A stretch of DNA of 64,000 nucleotides from Vicugna vicugna (lineage: Eukaryota), in the NCBI GenBank assembly GCA_013265495.1, contig MU062233.1, positions 6,046,953-6,110,952 on the forward strand. The letters run 5' to 3'. The first letter of the stretch is position 1. Each line of letters begins with the position of its first letter. Made by a program: the position numbers and the translations under genes. The notes below the pieces were generated by a model that was not told where the DNA came from, did no database searches, and was given only the letters and a program-made list of their open reading frames with translations. Shown piece after piece: positions 24,203 through 35,869 of this stretch.

Positions 24203-24379
24203 NNNNNNNNNNNNNNNNNNNNNNNNNNNNNNNNNNNNNNNNNNNNNNNNNNNNNNNNNNNNNNNNNNNNNNNNNNNNNNNNNNNNNNNNNNNNNNNNNN
24301 NNNNNNNNNNNNNNNNNNNNNNNNNNNNNNNNNNNNNNNNNNNNNNNNNNNNNNNNNNNNNNNNNNNNNNNNNNNNNNN
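24203..24379. other. Assembly gap (177 N)
   Basis: Run of N. Confidence 0.99.
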
Positions 24380-24635
24380 GCAGACGGATGCCTCCTCCCT
24401 AGAGTTTCACATCCTCTTCCCTCTCTCTGTGTCTCTGTGTCCAAATGCCCTACTTTTCTTTAATCTCATTTCATAAGGACACCAGTCATATTGGATTAAG
24501 ACCCATGTTAATGACTTCATTTTAACTTGGTCACCTCTGAAGAGACCCAGTTGCCAAATAAGGTCACATCCTGAGGTACTGGGGATTAGGGCTCTGATAT
24601 GTCTTTCAGAAGGCAACACATCTGAACCAATCACA
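24380..24635 (-). mobile_element. MaLR MLT1B/C solo LTR (part hidden in the gap)
   Basis: Reverse complement CCCCAGTACCTCAGGATGTGACCTTATTTGG ... TAATCCAATATGACTGGTGTCCTTAT. Confidence 0.85.
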
Positions 24636-26040
24636 CCTTCCTTTTCATGAAAGATAGCTCCAAAGGGAGGACAAAAAGAGAGACTAAAAATGTGTCTTTT
24701 CATGGATACAGTACACTGGGGGTTGAGGGAAGGAACAACGTCAGAGAGAGAAGGATCATCTCCGGAGAAAATCCAATCAGTGGAGAAGGACCTGTGTAAC
24801 CTGCCAAGGGAAGGGAAGATGCCAGATTCTCAGCAGAACGTGACTTTCCAAACAGCCAGACCAGGGCTTCAGCAGGCCCTATAGCCTGCAGTAGTCGGCT
24901 CTTCATAGGGACCCAGGGAACCAGGACCTGACCATCTCCCACACAGCTGCAGAGGACAAAAAGGACCTGGGGTCCCTGCAAGCCCACGTGCATGCATCTG
25001 AAGTCCCCACCCTCCTCCCCACAACCAGCTTGTTGGAGAAAAGAGATAGGAGTAGATATTGGAAAGACTGAGAATTTACCCAAAAGAAATGTTTCCCCAA
25101 GGGGGACTGCTTTAAACTGAAAGTCGCCTTTCATCTGAGCAGAGTCTCAGGTGCTTCAATTGGCAAGATGAAACACTAGGAAAGTGGCTTTTTTTCCTAC
25201 CCAGCTGGGTGAGTGTGCTGGAGCAAGATTAGATTCATCACAGAACATTAAAAATTACATTTTCTTTGCACATACAATTAGTGAGATTAAATTGTCAACT
25301 GTCATCCTACTACAGGAGGAAAAGGAGTTACAGAGACCAAGTGGGGAAATGTTTAGGGAAACAGCTGCAAATCTAACCCCTGGACAGAGGAGGAGATAAA
25401 ATCAAGAATGTGATGAACACCCGTGATAGGTGGATGAGTGTTTGGGGACGGGGACCATCTGCACAGATGTTGGACTGTGTTTCAGTGTGCATGAGAAGAT
25501 ACCTTCACAATTACCAAGACCCTTCGTAATGTCTCAACTATGTGGCCGTGACAATAATGGCCAATTTCCCCCACCCCTCTCACTTTCACAAGCACTCTTA
25601 TGAAACCCAGTTCCACTGTGGTTTTCCTCCTCAGCCTCTCCTTCTGCCTCCCAGCCACCTCTGGATTTTCCTCATTAATCTGTGCATTCACTCTTTTAAG
25701 AGCACAATCCTAATGCACTCAAACCAACCACATGTTAAAAGCTTTCTCCGAATGATAGTCCACTGCTCTGGAAGGGAGCTTTCTACTAGCACGAGGGCTA
25801 GGCAGGCCACAGCTTTGGGGGAAGAGCTGACATCAGGATTTGATGAGAGAGCTCATGCCAAATTTTAGCAAAGAGCCCCAGGGGCCTGGAGTGACTGTGC
25901 AGTTGCCTTGGCACTAGTGTCCTCAAACCACAGAGCACCATTTAAGGAAAAGCAAGTGGAAGCTGCTGGATGAGTGAGCCAGGTGAGCAAGGAGGCAGCT
26001 GCAGGTCTCTGAGCTCACCTCTGCAGAGAGTGCCCACGGG

Positions 26041-26168
26041 CCCTCATCTCCAAGGGCCCTCACCTCCAAGAGCACGCATCTCCATGGAAACACATCTCCA
26101 AGGGCTCTGACATCTAAGGGTACTCACTTCCAGGGGCACACATCTCCAAGGACACACATCTCCAAGGA
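26041..26168 (+). repeat. Degenerate 16-bp minisatellite, 8 units
   Basis: ccctcatctccaaggg ccctcacctccaagag cacgcatctccatgga aacacatctccaaggg ctctgacatctaaggg tactcacttccagggg cacacatctccaagga cacacatctccaagga. Confidence 0.9.
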
Positions 26169-27875
26169 AGGACAGCAGAGCAACCACTAACTTTCTTCCC
26201 TTTCCATACCTGATATTCTTCTTCCCTTTCTAACTGAGGACTGAAAACAACCCTTAAGTAGTTCTGCGTCTTGCTGTGCCTTACACCTTTTGTGTTCGGG
26301 CCTTCCCTACTGACCCGTGGCCTGGGAGGTCTACAGTCCCTGCCTGTCATTCCCGCCTCCTCTAGGGCTCACAACTCTTTGCCCTTCAGACAGGGTCCTG
26401 CCGCTGGGCTCGGGGTGGGGGCTCCCTGTGGCAGTGACCGCGAGGGTCTGCAGCTGTGGAATCTTTCCCACCTGGCCTCTCTGGCAAACAGCATTGGGAT
26501 CTGTGGGGCAGGGGATGCCTCTGTGGAGTCAGCACACCTGTCTCTGAGTGTGAACGTCCAGCACCTCCACAAGGACTGAACGCAGAAGAGAGGGGAGGAC
26601 CAGGAGCAACAAGGAGCCTGGGACCAGAGGACAGAAACCCAAGAAGAAGGGGCCCAAAGACGGTTTACAGACTTCACACTCATGCCCAGAGACAGCCTGG
26701 CCTCCACCCCTGCGTCTCAGCATAAATGCTGTTGCAGGCATCCATCTCCCCTCTAGCCCAGAGGAACACCTTAAAGGTGAGAGGGGGTCTTGTTCTTCTC
26801 TGGATCTCCACGGTCGAGCATTGTGTGGTCCATGTGTGTTCCCCACCGTCCTGGGCAACTTACATATCATACGGCCCTTCATATGACAGATGTGCTCTCA
26901 GGGTCCAGCCAGCCTGATCAGATGACCCTGCTACTATGTGGCAGACACGACCCTTCCCAACCTTCCCATCCTGACACCTATCAGGCGCGGCATCTTGATT
27001 GGAAGCAGGAGGGCAGACCTGCCATAAGAGGTTTGCATATACACAGGACTCTCTCTGAGCCACTATCTCAGAACGTCTTTGCCAAGAGAAGTAGGGAAAT
27101 GAGAGCTGCTCTTTGCTTACCAAGGGGACCTCATTCCATAGCTTCCATCTCCTGTCAATTAGCAAAAGGGATACTTGGACCTACAAACATAAAGACGAGG
27201 CAGACTACTTCAGGATTACAGAGAATATATGAAACTTGTTAAGGGGAAACAAAGTCAGATGGAAGGGAGTAGGTTCCTGCAGAAATATGACTCCTGACCC
27301 CTGGTGAGAGAATCCGGGGGTCCCAGAAAGGGCCTCACTGCCCAGGGCCACTCTGCCAGGGGGCTGAGCTCCACCCGTGGGGTAGGCAGGACACCATGAC
27401 CCAGGGATGCAGGGGCAGCCTGCAGGGAGCCCCTGGCTCTCAGCAATTCTGGGCCCACTGCTGGCTGCTCTGTGACTGAGACCACACACTAGCTGAGCCA
27501 CGCCAGTGTCCTCATCTGCAAAGAATGGACTAGGTTGACCCAGGTCATCATTCCAGGGCCTTCTGACACTGACATCCTAAGACTGTCATGCTGAAGGAAT
27601 AAAAGTCATCAGCAACCAGCTTTCTTCAGGGATTCCAGTGAGCCGGCCATTGTGTTTTATGTCCAAGGGCCTCAAAGACCCAGACCTGAGCAGGGGAAGT
27701 TTTCTCTCTCCTTCCTCCTCTATTTGGGGTCCATCCTTCCTTCAGGGCCCAGCAGAGGGACCAAGTCCTCCCTAGAGCTCGCCACCCCACAGTCCATACA
27801 GCTCTTCCCACCCCTCCTTCTCCCTTCTCTCTCAGCAGGCAGCACCTCAGCTTACCGGTCACGATCCTTTAGCAT

Positions 27876-28192
27876 CTTGCTACTCAAACTGTGGTCCCTG
27901 GACCAAGAGCCTGGGCATAACCTGTGAGTTTGTTAGACCTACAGGTGCCACCTCAGACCCGCTGAACCAGAATCTTCATTTCAACCAGACCCCCAGTTGA
28001 CTGTGATAGACAGGAAAGTTTGAGAGGCACTGATCTGGGTGTAAATGGAATCACCTGGGGAGCTTTAACAACTAATGATGCCCAGACCCCACCTCTGAAA
28101 AGTCTGATTTAACTGATGTGGGGTGCGACAGAGGCGCTGAGGGATTTAAACCCTGGGCTGATTCTAATGGGAAGCACAGCCTGAGAACTCTG
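27876..28192. mobile_element. Adjacent MER5A-like (to ~28035) and MER5B-like hAT elements
   Basis: CTACTCAAACTGTGGTCCCTGGACCA ... GAAAGTTTGAGAGGCACTG, then GGAATCACCTGGGGAGCTTTAA ... CTGAGAACTCTG. Confidence 0.75.
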
Positions 28193-28522
28193 TTTTCGTA
28201 TCTCTCTCCAATGAGATCTTCTGTTCATTCATTCAATATCCAGTTACTGAACAAAACAATAGTCAGCCATCTTATAATCAGCTAAATTATAAATAGATTC
28301 AAAATAAGTTTTCAGTGCTGCTAATTCAAATGGGTCCCAAGTGTGTGTCTTCCATGGAGGGGGTGTCTAGGGAAGGGGTGCAGACACAGGCCCAGCCCAG
28401 GAATTCTCTTCAAGGGCAGAGCAAGAATGTCTGTCCTCTTACTATCTGGACAGAACGAGCATGTCAGGGACAAACCAGGCAGATGACTGGCCTGAAGCCT
28501 TAATGTTGTACTTGGTTAAGAA

Positions 28523-28988
28523 GATATGAAATAAATCAGAGAAAAGACAAATACCATATGATTTCACTTAAATGTGGAATTGAAAAACCAAACAAATGAA
28601 CAAACAGGTCAAAGCTATAGATGCAGAGAACCAAGTGGTGGTTGCCAGGGGGAGGGGGGTTGTGGGGTGGGCAAAATGGGTAACATGGTCAAGAGGTGCA
28701 AATTTCCGGTCATAGAATATATAACTCCTGGGGATGGAGCATACTGCTTGGTGACTACAGTTAATACTACTGTATGGCATATCTGAAACTTGCTGAAAGG
28801 GGAAATCTTCAGTGTTCTCATCACAAGAAAAAAAAATGTATAGCCTTTGTATGGTTTGTAACAGATGGTAACTAGACTAATTGTGATCATTTCGCAGTGT
28901 ATACAAATATTGAGTCAGTATGTTGTACACTTGACATTAATGTAATTACATGTCAATTAGACCTCGATTTAAAAAAAAAGAAAAAAAA
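28523..28988 (+). mobile_element. L1MA9-like 3' end with G-rich tract and A-tail
   Basis: GACAAATACCATATGATTTCACTT ... GGTGACTACAGTTAATACTACTGTATGG ... ATGTCAATTAGACCTCGATTTAAAAAAAAAG. Confidence 0.8.
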
Positions 28989-29504
28989 TCTAAAACTCCA
29001 CACAGGAGGAGCAAGCCTTTTTCCCTTCCTTTGGATGAAGGCCCAGTAGGTGATGTTCTTTAGATGAACACCCTTAACACCAGCAAGCCTACTCACGTGA
29101 ACATGGTCCAACCTGGACCGCCTCCAAGAGTGACAACACCAACTGGCAGGAGGCACGGAGGACCAAGCCTAGGAAGCTGGCTCAGCGGGACTCTGCTTAT
29201 ATCACAGGGAGTCCTTCTCGGAGGATGGGAAGACCCAGCTCAGGGTTTTCTGAATGTGAGCCCATTACTAGGCCAGAGGATTCCCTTCATTACTCAAGGT
29301 ATGGGCTCTCTGAAGAGGGCCTTCCCAGATTTGGGGACCTTAGTACACATGATCCTTTATATGGAAAACTGGCTTACCCTGCAGTCTGAGTAGCTTATTT
29401 TGCGAAGAGAATTTGGCAGCCTCTAAATAAGTATCCAAAGGAAATGGTAGAAGTAGGAGATCCATCCCCAGTAACCAAGTATACTCAGGTGGAAGACAAG
29501 AAGT

Positions 29505-29610
29505 GAAGCAGCTGTGTGACCTTAGATAAGTCACCTCCCCAATCTGGGCCTCAGTTTCCTCTCTGTAAAATAGAGGGACTCAATCTGGATAGTCTCGAAC
29601 TCCCGATGTC
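29505..29610 (+). mobile_element. MIR core
   Basis: GCTGTGTGACCTTAGATAAGTCAC ... GGGCCTCAGTTTCCTCTCTGTAAAATAGAGGG. Confidence 0.8.
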
Positions 29611-29889
29611 AACATGGTATGCCCTAGAGACGGAGGCTTTCATGCCCAAGCCTTGCTATATAACTGCTGTAGTCCCAAGATGTGATGACATGCTTCCTCG
29701 TGGTTGGAGTTGGATCCATCTTGCCGTCAGCTAGGACTGTGTAGAAAATTCTGGGAAGAATGTAAGAGAAGATAACACAGGCAGGATGAGGGTTCTCTCT
29801 GTCCATACAGAGGTGTTTGAAGTTCTTATTTTGTTCCCTTTCATGAAGCCGCATAGATGAATGAACCCTGTGAACTTACTCCCATCAAG

Positions 29890-30290
29890 CTGTCACCCCC
29901 AGCTGGTCACCAAAAGTGGCCTTTCCAAAGTCACCAAGAAGTTCACATTGTTAGACCCAGGGGCACAGCTCACCCTCGTCTTTCTATACCTCTCGGCAGC
30001 ATTCTTTGCAGATGACCACTCCCTCATCCTTGAAATACTCTCTTCCTCTGGTTTCCAGAACACACATATATGCCAGCCTCTCCTCCTGCCTCTCTGACTG
30101 TTCTTCCTCGGCCTCCTTTGCTGGTTTCTCCCTATCTCCCCAACCACTTAAAGTTACAGGGCCCCTGGTCCCTCAACCTCTTCTCTCTTCTTTCTACGTC
30201 CAGTCCCCTGGTGATCTCACCAGTCCTGTGACTTTATCCCCACCAACAATTCCCAACATGATATCTTCAGCCCCAACATCTCCCTGCTAC
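29890..30290 (+). mobile_element. L2 reverse-transcriptase-region remnant
   Basis: ORF 29861-30097 gives LVFLYLSAAFFADDHSLILEILSSSGF, resembling L2/CR1 RT [27 protein letters not shown]. Confidence 0.8.
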
Positions 30291-32189
30291 AGGGTGCCAA
30301 GTAACCCCGGACAGCAAGAAATGCCTACATAGAGGGGTTCATTTTCCTAGTACAGTACGGGTAGAAACCATCTTGAGGCTGGTTGGTTTTTTAAAGCTCT
30401 CTTTGCAGAGGAGGATGGACACTTGCTGCTTACAAAACAGGTAGCATGTTTTTCCCAAGTCATAAAAATGTAAGGAATAAGGCAAAACTCTATAGAGAGC
30501 CGGTCCTGTATTAGGCTCATTCATTCATTCATTCATTCTGTGCATGGGAAGAATATGCCCATGAACCTGAGGGAACCGCTCTCTTGGGAGGAGGCCAGGA
30601 GACTTTGTCCTGGGGCACCTCTGACTCAGCATTGTGAGGAGGAAGGCAGAGGACGCCTACAACATCTCATGTTTGCCAAATAAGTGAATGAATGAAACAA
30701 AGAAGGCATAGTTCCATGCTGGCTAATGAACCAAAAAGCCCATTAAAAGGCAATAATAAATTATAATAAATTATATTTTGAGGACCAACCATATGCATGA
30801 ATCATGGAACGTTCTGCATGGTATACAAAGCTAAGGTCATAGCTTTCCCCAGGCTGCCTGTCATTGGGTCCAAAGGGCCTAGGTCTGCAGGATGAGTGGG
30901 CTAGACTCTCACACTCTGAGAAGCCAGGGCTGGCCCTCGTCCTGGGTCACTGAACTCAGAAGTCCTCTGAGCTCCTTCCTTCACTACCAGTGGTTCCCCG
31001 ACCTCACAGGCCTGTTTGTCCCTACTTGTCTGAACACATGCGACTCTCCCTTCTTCAATTGCAGCCTTTGATAAGCAAGTACATGAGTGAGCACAGAGCA
31101 GAGAGTTTCATTTGGGAACTGTTTCTCAGAAGCCCCACTAGAGCAAGAGTTTCTAGCCCTTCCCTGCTGTCACTGGACCAGAGGAAGAAAGGGAGAGAAA
31201 CATGAAGGAGGGGCTACCCCCTGAGAACACTGATCGCAGATTTGATAACGTCCTAGTAAAGCCCCAAAGCTATCACTTTTAGAGAGGCTTCTGAAACAGA
31301 GAATTCTACCACGATTTCCATCAACAGGCCTCCTAACACCCTCTTGCCTCCCAGGCCCCACCGCACACAAAGGTGAGGAGCAGCCCACGCACTGAGGCCC
31401 GTGTCTCCCCATCAGTGACAAGCATGTCTGCCCCCACGGTCTGTGCTATCATCAGCAGGAACTAACCGGGGTCTGTCCTCCCACCTCTGACCTGGTGGCT
31501 GAACCAGCCTCGGCCGAAGTCCCCGGAGAGGCCCAGGCCCTCCTCACCGCCTGCTTCCCGTGTTAGGATCCCACTGGAATGAAAGATTAAAAAGGCCCTT
31601 TCATGGGGGGACTGGCAAAGCTTGCCTTTATTTTTTTATGGTCTCTACATGTCATCATCTTTTTAAAGTGAGAAAACAAAGCAGGAAAAAGCCCACAGGC
31701 ACTTCAACTGCTCTCTGTTCAATAACTGGGCCTCTGCCTTCCCAGCTCCACCCAACTCCTCTGTTTGGACATGGACCCTAGAAATTTTTCCCACTTGTGA
31801 CTGAGGCTGTAGTCTGTCTCCAATTATTCTGTTATATGTCACATGGTTACTTCCCTTTTATAGTGGAAGGAAAACAATAGCTAACGCATTCCAACTCCAG
31901 GCTGGCTCTCAGTCCCTCTGAGAGCAGCTGACATACATTCCAGGCTGAGGTGGCTTCCCCTAGAGGGTGACTGAGACGGGGAGCAAACTAAAGAGGCACC
32001 CAGTGGGGTTAGGACCCTCCCTACAGATGGGGAACTGGCTGCCTGATAGACCAAGAGGAGGGCATTCCCAAGCCAGGTCCCGGGTAGCTGAAGAAAGGAG
32101 TAAGCCTGAGGGGCAAAACCTAGGAGCCATATCGAAGTGGCAGGGCTGAGGAGGTGGTGAGTGAAACCTTCAGCATGACGAAAACCCAC

Positions 32190-32983
32190 CCAGAGGCTCA
32201 TTAAACTGCAGATTCCTCTCTAATTCAGAAAGGCACATGCACCCCATGTCCAGAGCAGCACTATTTACAAAAGCCAAAACATGGAAACAATGTCCATCGA
32301 CAGATGACTGGATAAATAAGTTGTGGTATATTTATACAATGGAAGACTACTCAGCCATATAAAAGAATAAAATAAAGTCATTTGCAGCAACTTGGATGGA
32401 CCTGGAGATCATCATTCTATGTGAAGTAAGCCAGAAAGAGAAAGAAAAATACTATATGATATCACTTATATGTGGAATCTGAAAAAAAGAGACAAACAAA
32501 CTTATTTATAAAACAGAAACAAACTCACAGATATAGAAAACAAACTTATGGTTACCAGGGGAAGAAGGGGGTGGGAAGGGATAAATCAGGAGTTCAAGAC
32601 TTGCAGATACTACTATATATAAAATAAATAAACAAGTCTGTATATTACAGGGAACTATATTCAATATTTTGTAGTAACCTATAATGAAAAAGAATGTGAA
32701 AGCGAATATATATGCATGTGTATTTATGACTGAAACACTATGCTGTACACCAGAAATTGATACAACATTGCAAACTGACTATACTTCAATTATAAAAAAA
32801 ATTGAGAGAATAACACTAAAACATTGGAGAAAATTTTAAAATACAGATTCCTGGGCTCAACCCCAGAGATTTTGTCTCTGCAGGACTAGGATATGGACCA
32901 GGCAGGAATACCATATTTTTTTTTTCCAGTTTCCCAGCTCATTCTAATGTAGATGATCACTGGATTCCCACCTGAGAAACACC
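32190..32983. mobile_element. MER5-family element split by an L1 insertion
   Basis: Left CTCATTAAACTGCAGATTCCT; right ATACAGATTCCTGGGCTCAACCCCAGAGATT ... CTGAGAAACAC. Confidence 0.65.
32218..32801 (+). mobile_element. 5'-truncated camelid L1 (ORF2 end plus complete 3'UTR)
   Basis: CTCTAATTCAGAAAGGCACATGCACCCC ... CTGACTATACTTCAATTATAAAAAAAA. Confidence 0.92.
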
Positions 32984-35869
32984 CATGAAGCGGAAGTTTG
33001 GTCAGACTGGAAACAATGGCCAAAGTAATGTGTGTAGAGAAAGGTACTGCAGGCAAATCTAGGGTCAGAGCCCAGAGGAGTAGACAGAATGCACTCTGAG
33101 CTGGAGGGTTAGGCCTGGAAGCCCACAGGAAGCACAGGTCCAGAGGCCCAAGGGAATCGTTGAGGTGAACAAGCCTCAGATTAGCATCTGGAAGCCAACG
33201 GTGTGGCCGATGGCACACAGCACATAAATCCTAAATGCACAGCGTGCAAGTCACATACCAGAAAATAAGGTGGGTCCTAAGCAAGTGGTGTGGCCCCTCC
33301 AAATCCAGAATTACCAGGTAGTTCTTTAGAAGCATGGGTCCTGTGGGGAATTTTACCTTCCCTCAGTAGAAGTAAGCACAGGTAAGCACAGGTGCTGTGA
33401 GGAAGCCAGAGTTCAATTGCTCTGCGTCCATCATTTGCGTGTGGATGATGCTAGGTTCTGTGAGAGATTCTAAGGTGATGACATATCTCTATTGTCACTG
33501 TTAGAGAGAAACAGCTTAAAAAGTACTTTAGAGAAAAACTGCTATTTAAGTGAGTCCTGGTTTTGGATAAGATGAAGTCATTGACCACAGTCTAGAGTAT
33601 ACAGCGGGTCCAGTGAGGCCAAGAAGGAGCTCCCAGAGCAGGCAGAGGGTCAGAACTAAGCAATTTAAGTCATCATCCTGCCTGCCAGGCCCCGTTGTCC
33701 GGCAGGCCTGACCCTGTTCTATTCAGTCCAGATCACATGTAATTAGACCTCACAGCATCAGTTCTCACCTACTCTCACCTTTTAGGACCCACATTTGGCT
33801 TCTTGCCCAATTCTAACTCTTCTCAGCTTCTGACAACCCATCTTCCCTATTAGATCTTGCCATACCCTTGGACCTGACATTAGACACTAGCCAGTTTTGA
33901 CTTCTGCTACCCTTTCTTCTCACTCTCAACACAATGATGATTTGCAGATTCCTTCTAGCCAACCTGCTATTTGCAACCCTGGTTAAAAACATGCACTGTG
34001 ATCCAATCCAGCCCAGGATCCTTGCCTTTTGTAGCTTGGCAGGGGCAGCAGCTCTACCGAGTTTTTCCTAGCTCCAGAGGAGAATTCTCCAGAGGAGAAT
34101 TCACACACTCATGAAAGGAGAGAGCAAGTGGGCTGAGGATGGAGGAGGAAGGGGCGGGGAGGAAGGTAAGAAGCAGTAGGCAGGGAGGAACGTCCACATT
34201 TTCAGATCAATGATAACATCTTCTCTTTCAATCGGAATATTTCCTAATCTCAACTACTCTGTTGGTAGGAAGAGACCGATTATTTCTGAGTCAAATAAAG
34301 GCAATCTTTAGCTGGAAGCACTAGTCAAGCAGAGTCTTTGTCATCTTGATGGAACCATATGGAAAGGTGGTGTCAGAAATGCTACTGAAATATAAGTGAA
34401 GTCTGATAATGTTGCACATTAATAGAAGAACTTCAGTTCCCTGGCTTGACTGGGCCACAGCTGGACTGTGGGGGTCTTGTTCTTGCTGAGTTTCATCTGT
34501 AGCCTGGGCACCTTTGGGCATTTAGAACCAATGGGCTATAAATCTATCAATCAGAGTCACTGTCCATAGTCCAATTCTTGGAGGTTTAGGGATTCATAGC
34601 CTAGACCTGTACTTTGGTTAGAGAGGATGCAGCAGTTAGGCAAAAAGGATAGGTGAGACTATTTTCCACTCTATAAAACTGCAAAAAGGCCATTCTTCAG
34701 TTCCCCCAAGAACCTCTCACTGATAAAGATTTGCAGAGATTGTTGGTTTCGGGTCCCCCCACTGTTTCTATCATTTTTCATATAGAGTTAGCACGTCTTC
34801 TCCTCACTCCTTCTCCTCACTCCTCATAGGTCTATGGCTCTGAGTCCTTTACATGAGGTTTAGAGGTCCCTGGAGATGTTTCCTATCAGGGCTTGCCCAG
34901 GATTTGGGTCAATCCCACTGCATTTCAGCTGAGGCTTAGCTGGAAACAGAAAATCTTCTAAACAGGAGAGAACCAACATCCTCACTCTAAAATGGTATTG
35001 CCTTTTCTGGTCAAATATTCTCTGATAGGTCTTTTATGAATAAGGCAACATGTTACTTCTCCCAGAAAAATATTGATTCTAAGTGTGTTGGGGTAAAAAG
35101 AGTTGTAGAGTAAAGCCGGTCTTCTGATCCCCTAATTTTTGGTGTCCCATAATGTAAGGAAATCAAATATTACCTTTTCCCAAAGAGAAAAATATCTATC
35201 ATTTTGACAAACCAGGTGTGATAATGATCTCAGAGAGAGGAGAAAGTTGCCTTGTCTTGGGTCAAAGGCCACAGAGTCCAACATAAAGTCAAAGAAACAA
35301 AGACTCTGCATTGTTGAGCTGAATGACCACCCAAAGATCTCAAAGAATGAACTTTAACTTTCTCAACAGAAAGGCAACCGCAAGTAGTTTGGCAGCTGAT
35401 GGAGAACGTTCCTTCATGAATATGTGACCTTTACAGCATTTCATCTTCACACAGAATTAACGCAGGGCCTGAAAGATATGTGTCCTTTCCTGTTTTGTTT
35501 TCATGGTAGACTCAGAACACAGGGTACAGTTTTGCTTCTGTCTTAAGAGCTGTCCTTGCCTTGCCCTCCACGGCCTGCAGCCAGCTGAGTATTTTTGGCC
35601 AGACAGAAACATTCTCCAATCTCAAGAATGCCCAGGAACCAACAGACCTAGGTGGTTCCTAAGCTCATTTCCTGTGTTCACATTCTGGAGTGCAATCCCA
35701 GTTTGGCCCTGCTACAGAGACTGGAAGGTAGAATAGGTGAGAAATTCTCTAAAATGTTTCCAAGTTTTCTATTTACTGGATGGACAACAAACCAATAACT
35801 GTTTGGAGGAACTAGTCCACTGGCAGCAATTTTCCAAGAATTTCCAAATAACTCTGCCTGCCCTAAGGG

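Noticed and set aside
24141-24476. ORFs containing X runs (also near 43244-43517 and 49083-49392)
   Set aside because: Artefacts of translating N gaps
26041-26168. CRISPR-like appearance of regularly spaced repeats
   Set aside because: Units are contiguous with no unique spacers, there are no cas genes, and the DNA is mammalian
29861-30097. Cellular reverse-transcriptase-like gene
   Set aside because: Decayed L2 RT fragment with the catalytic-region motif mutated and no flanking open frame
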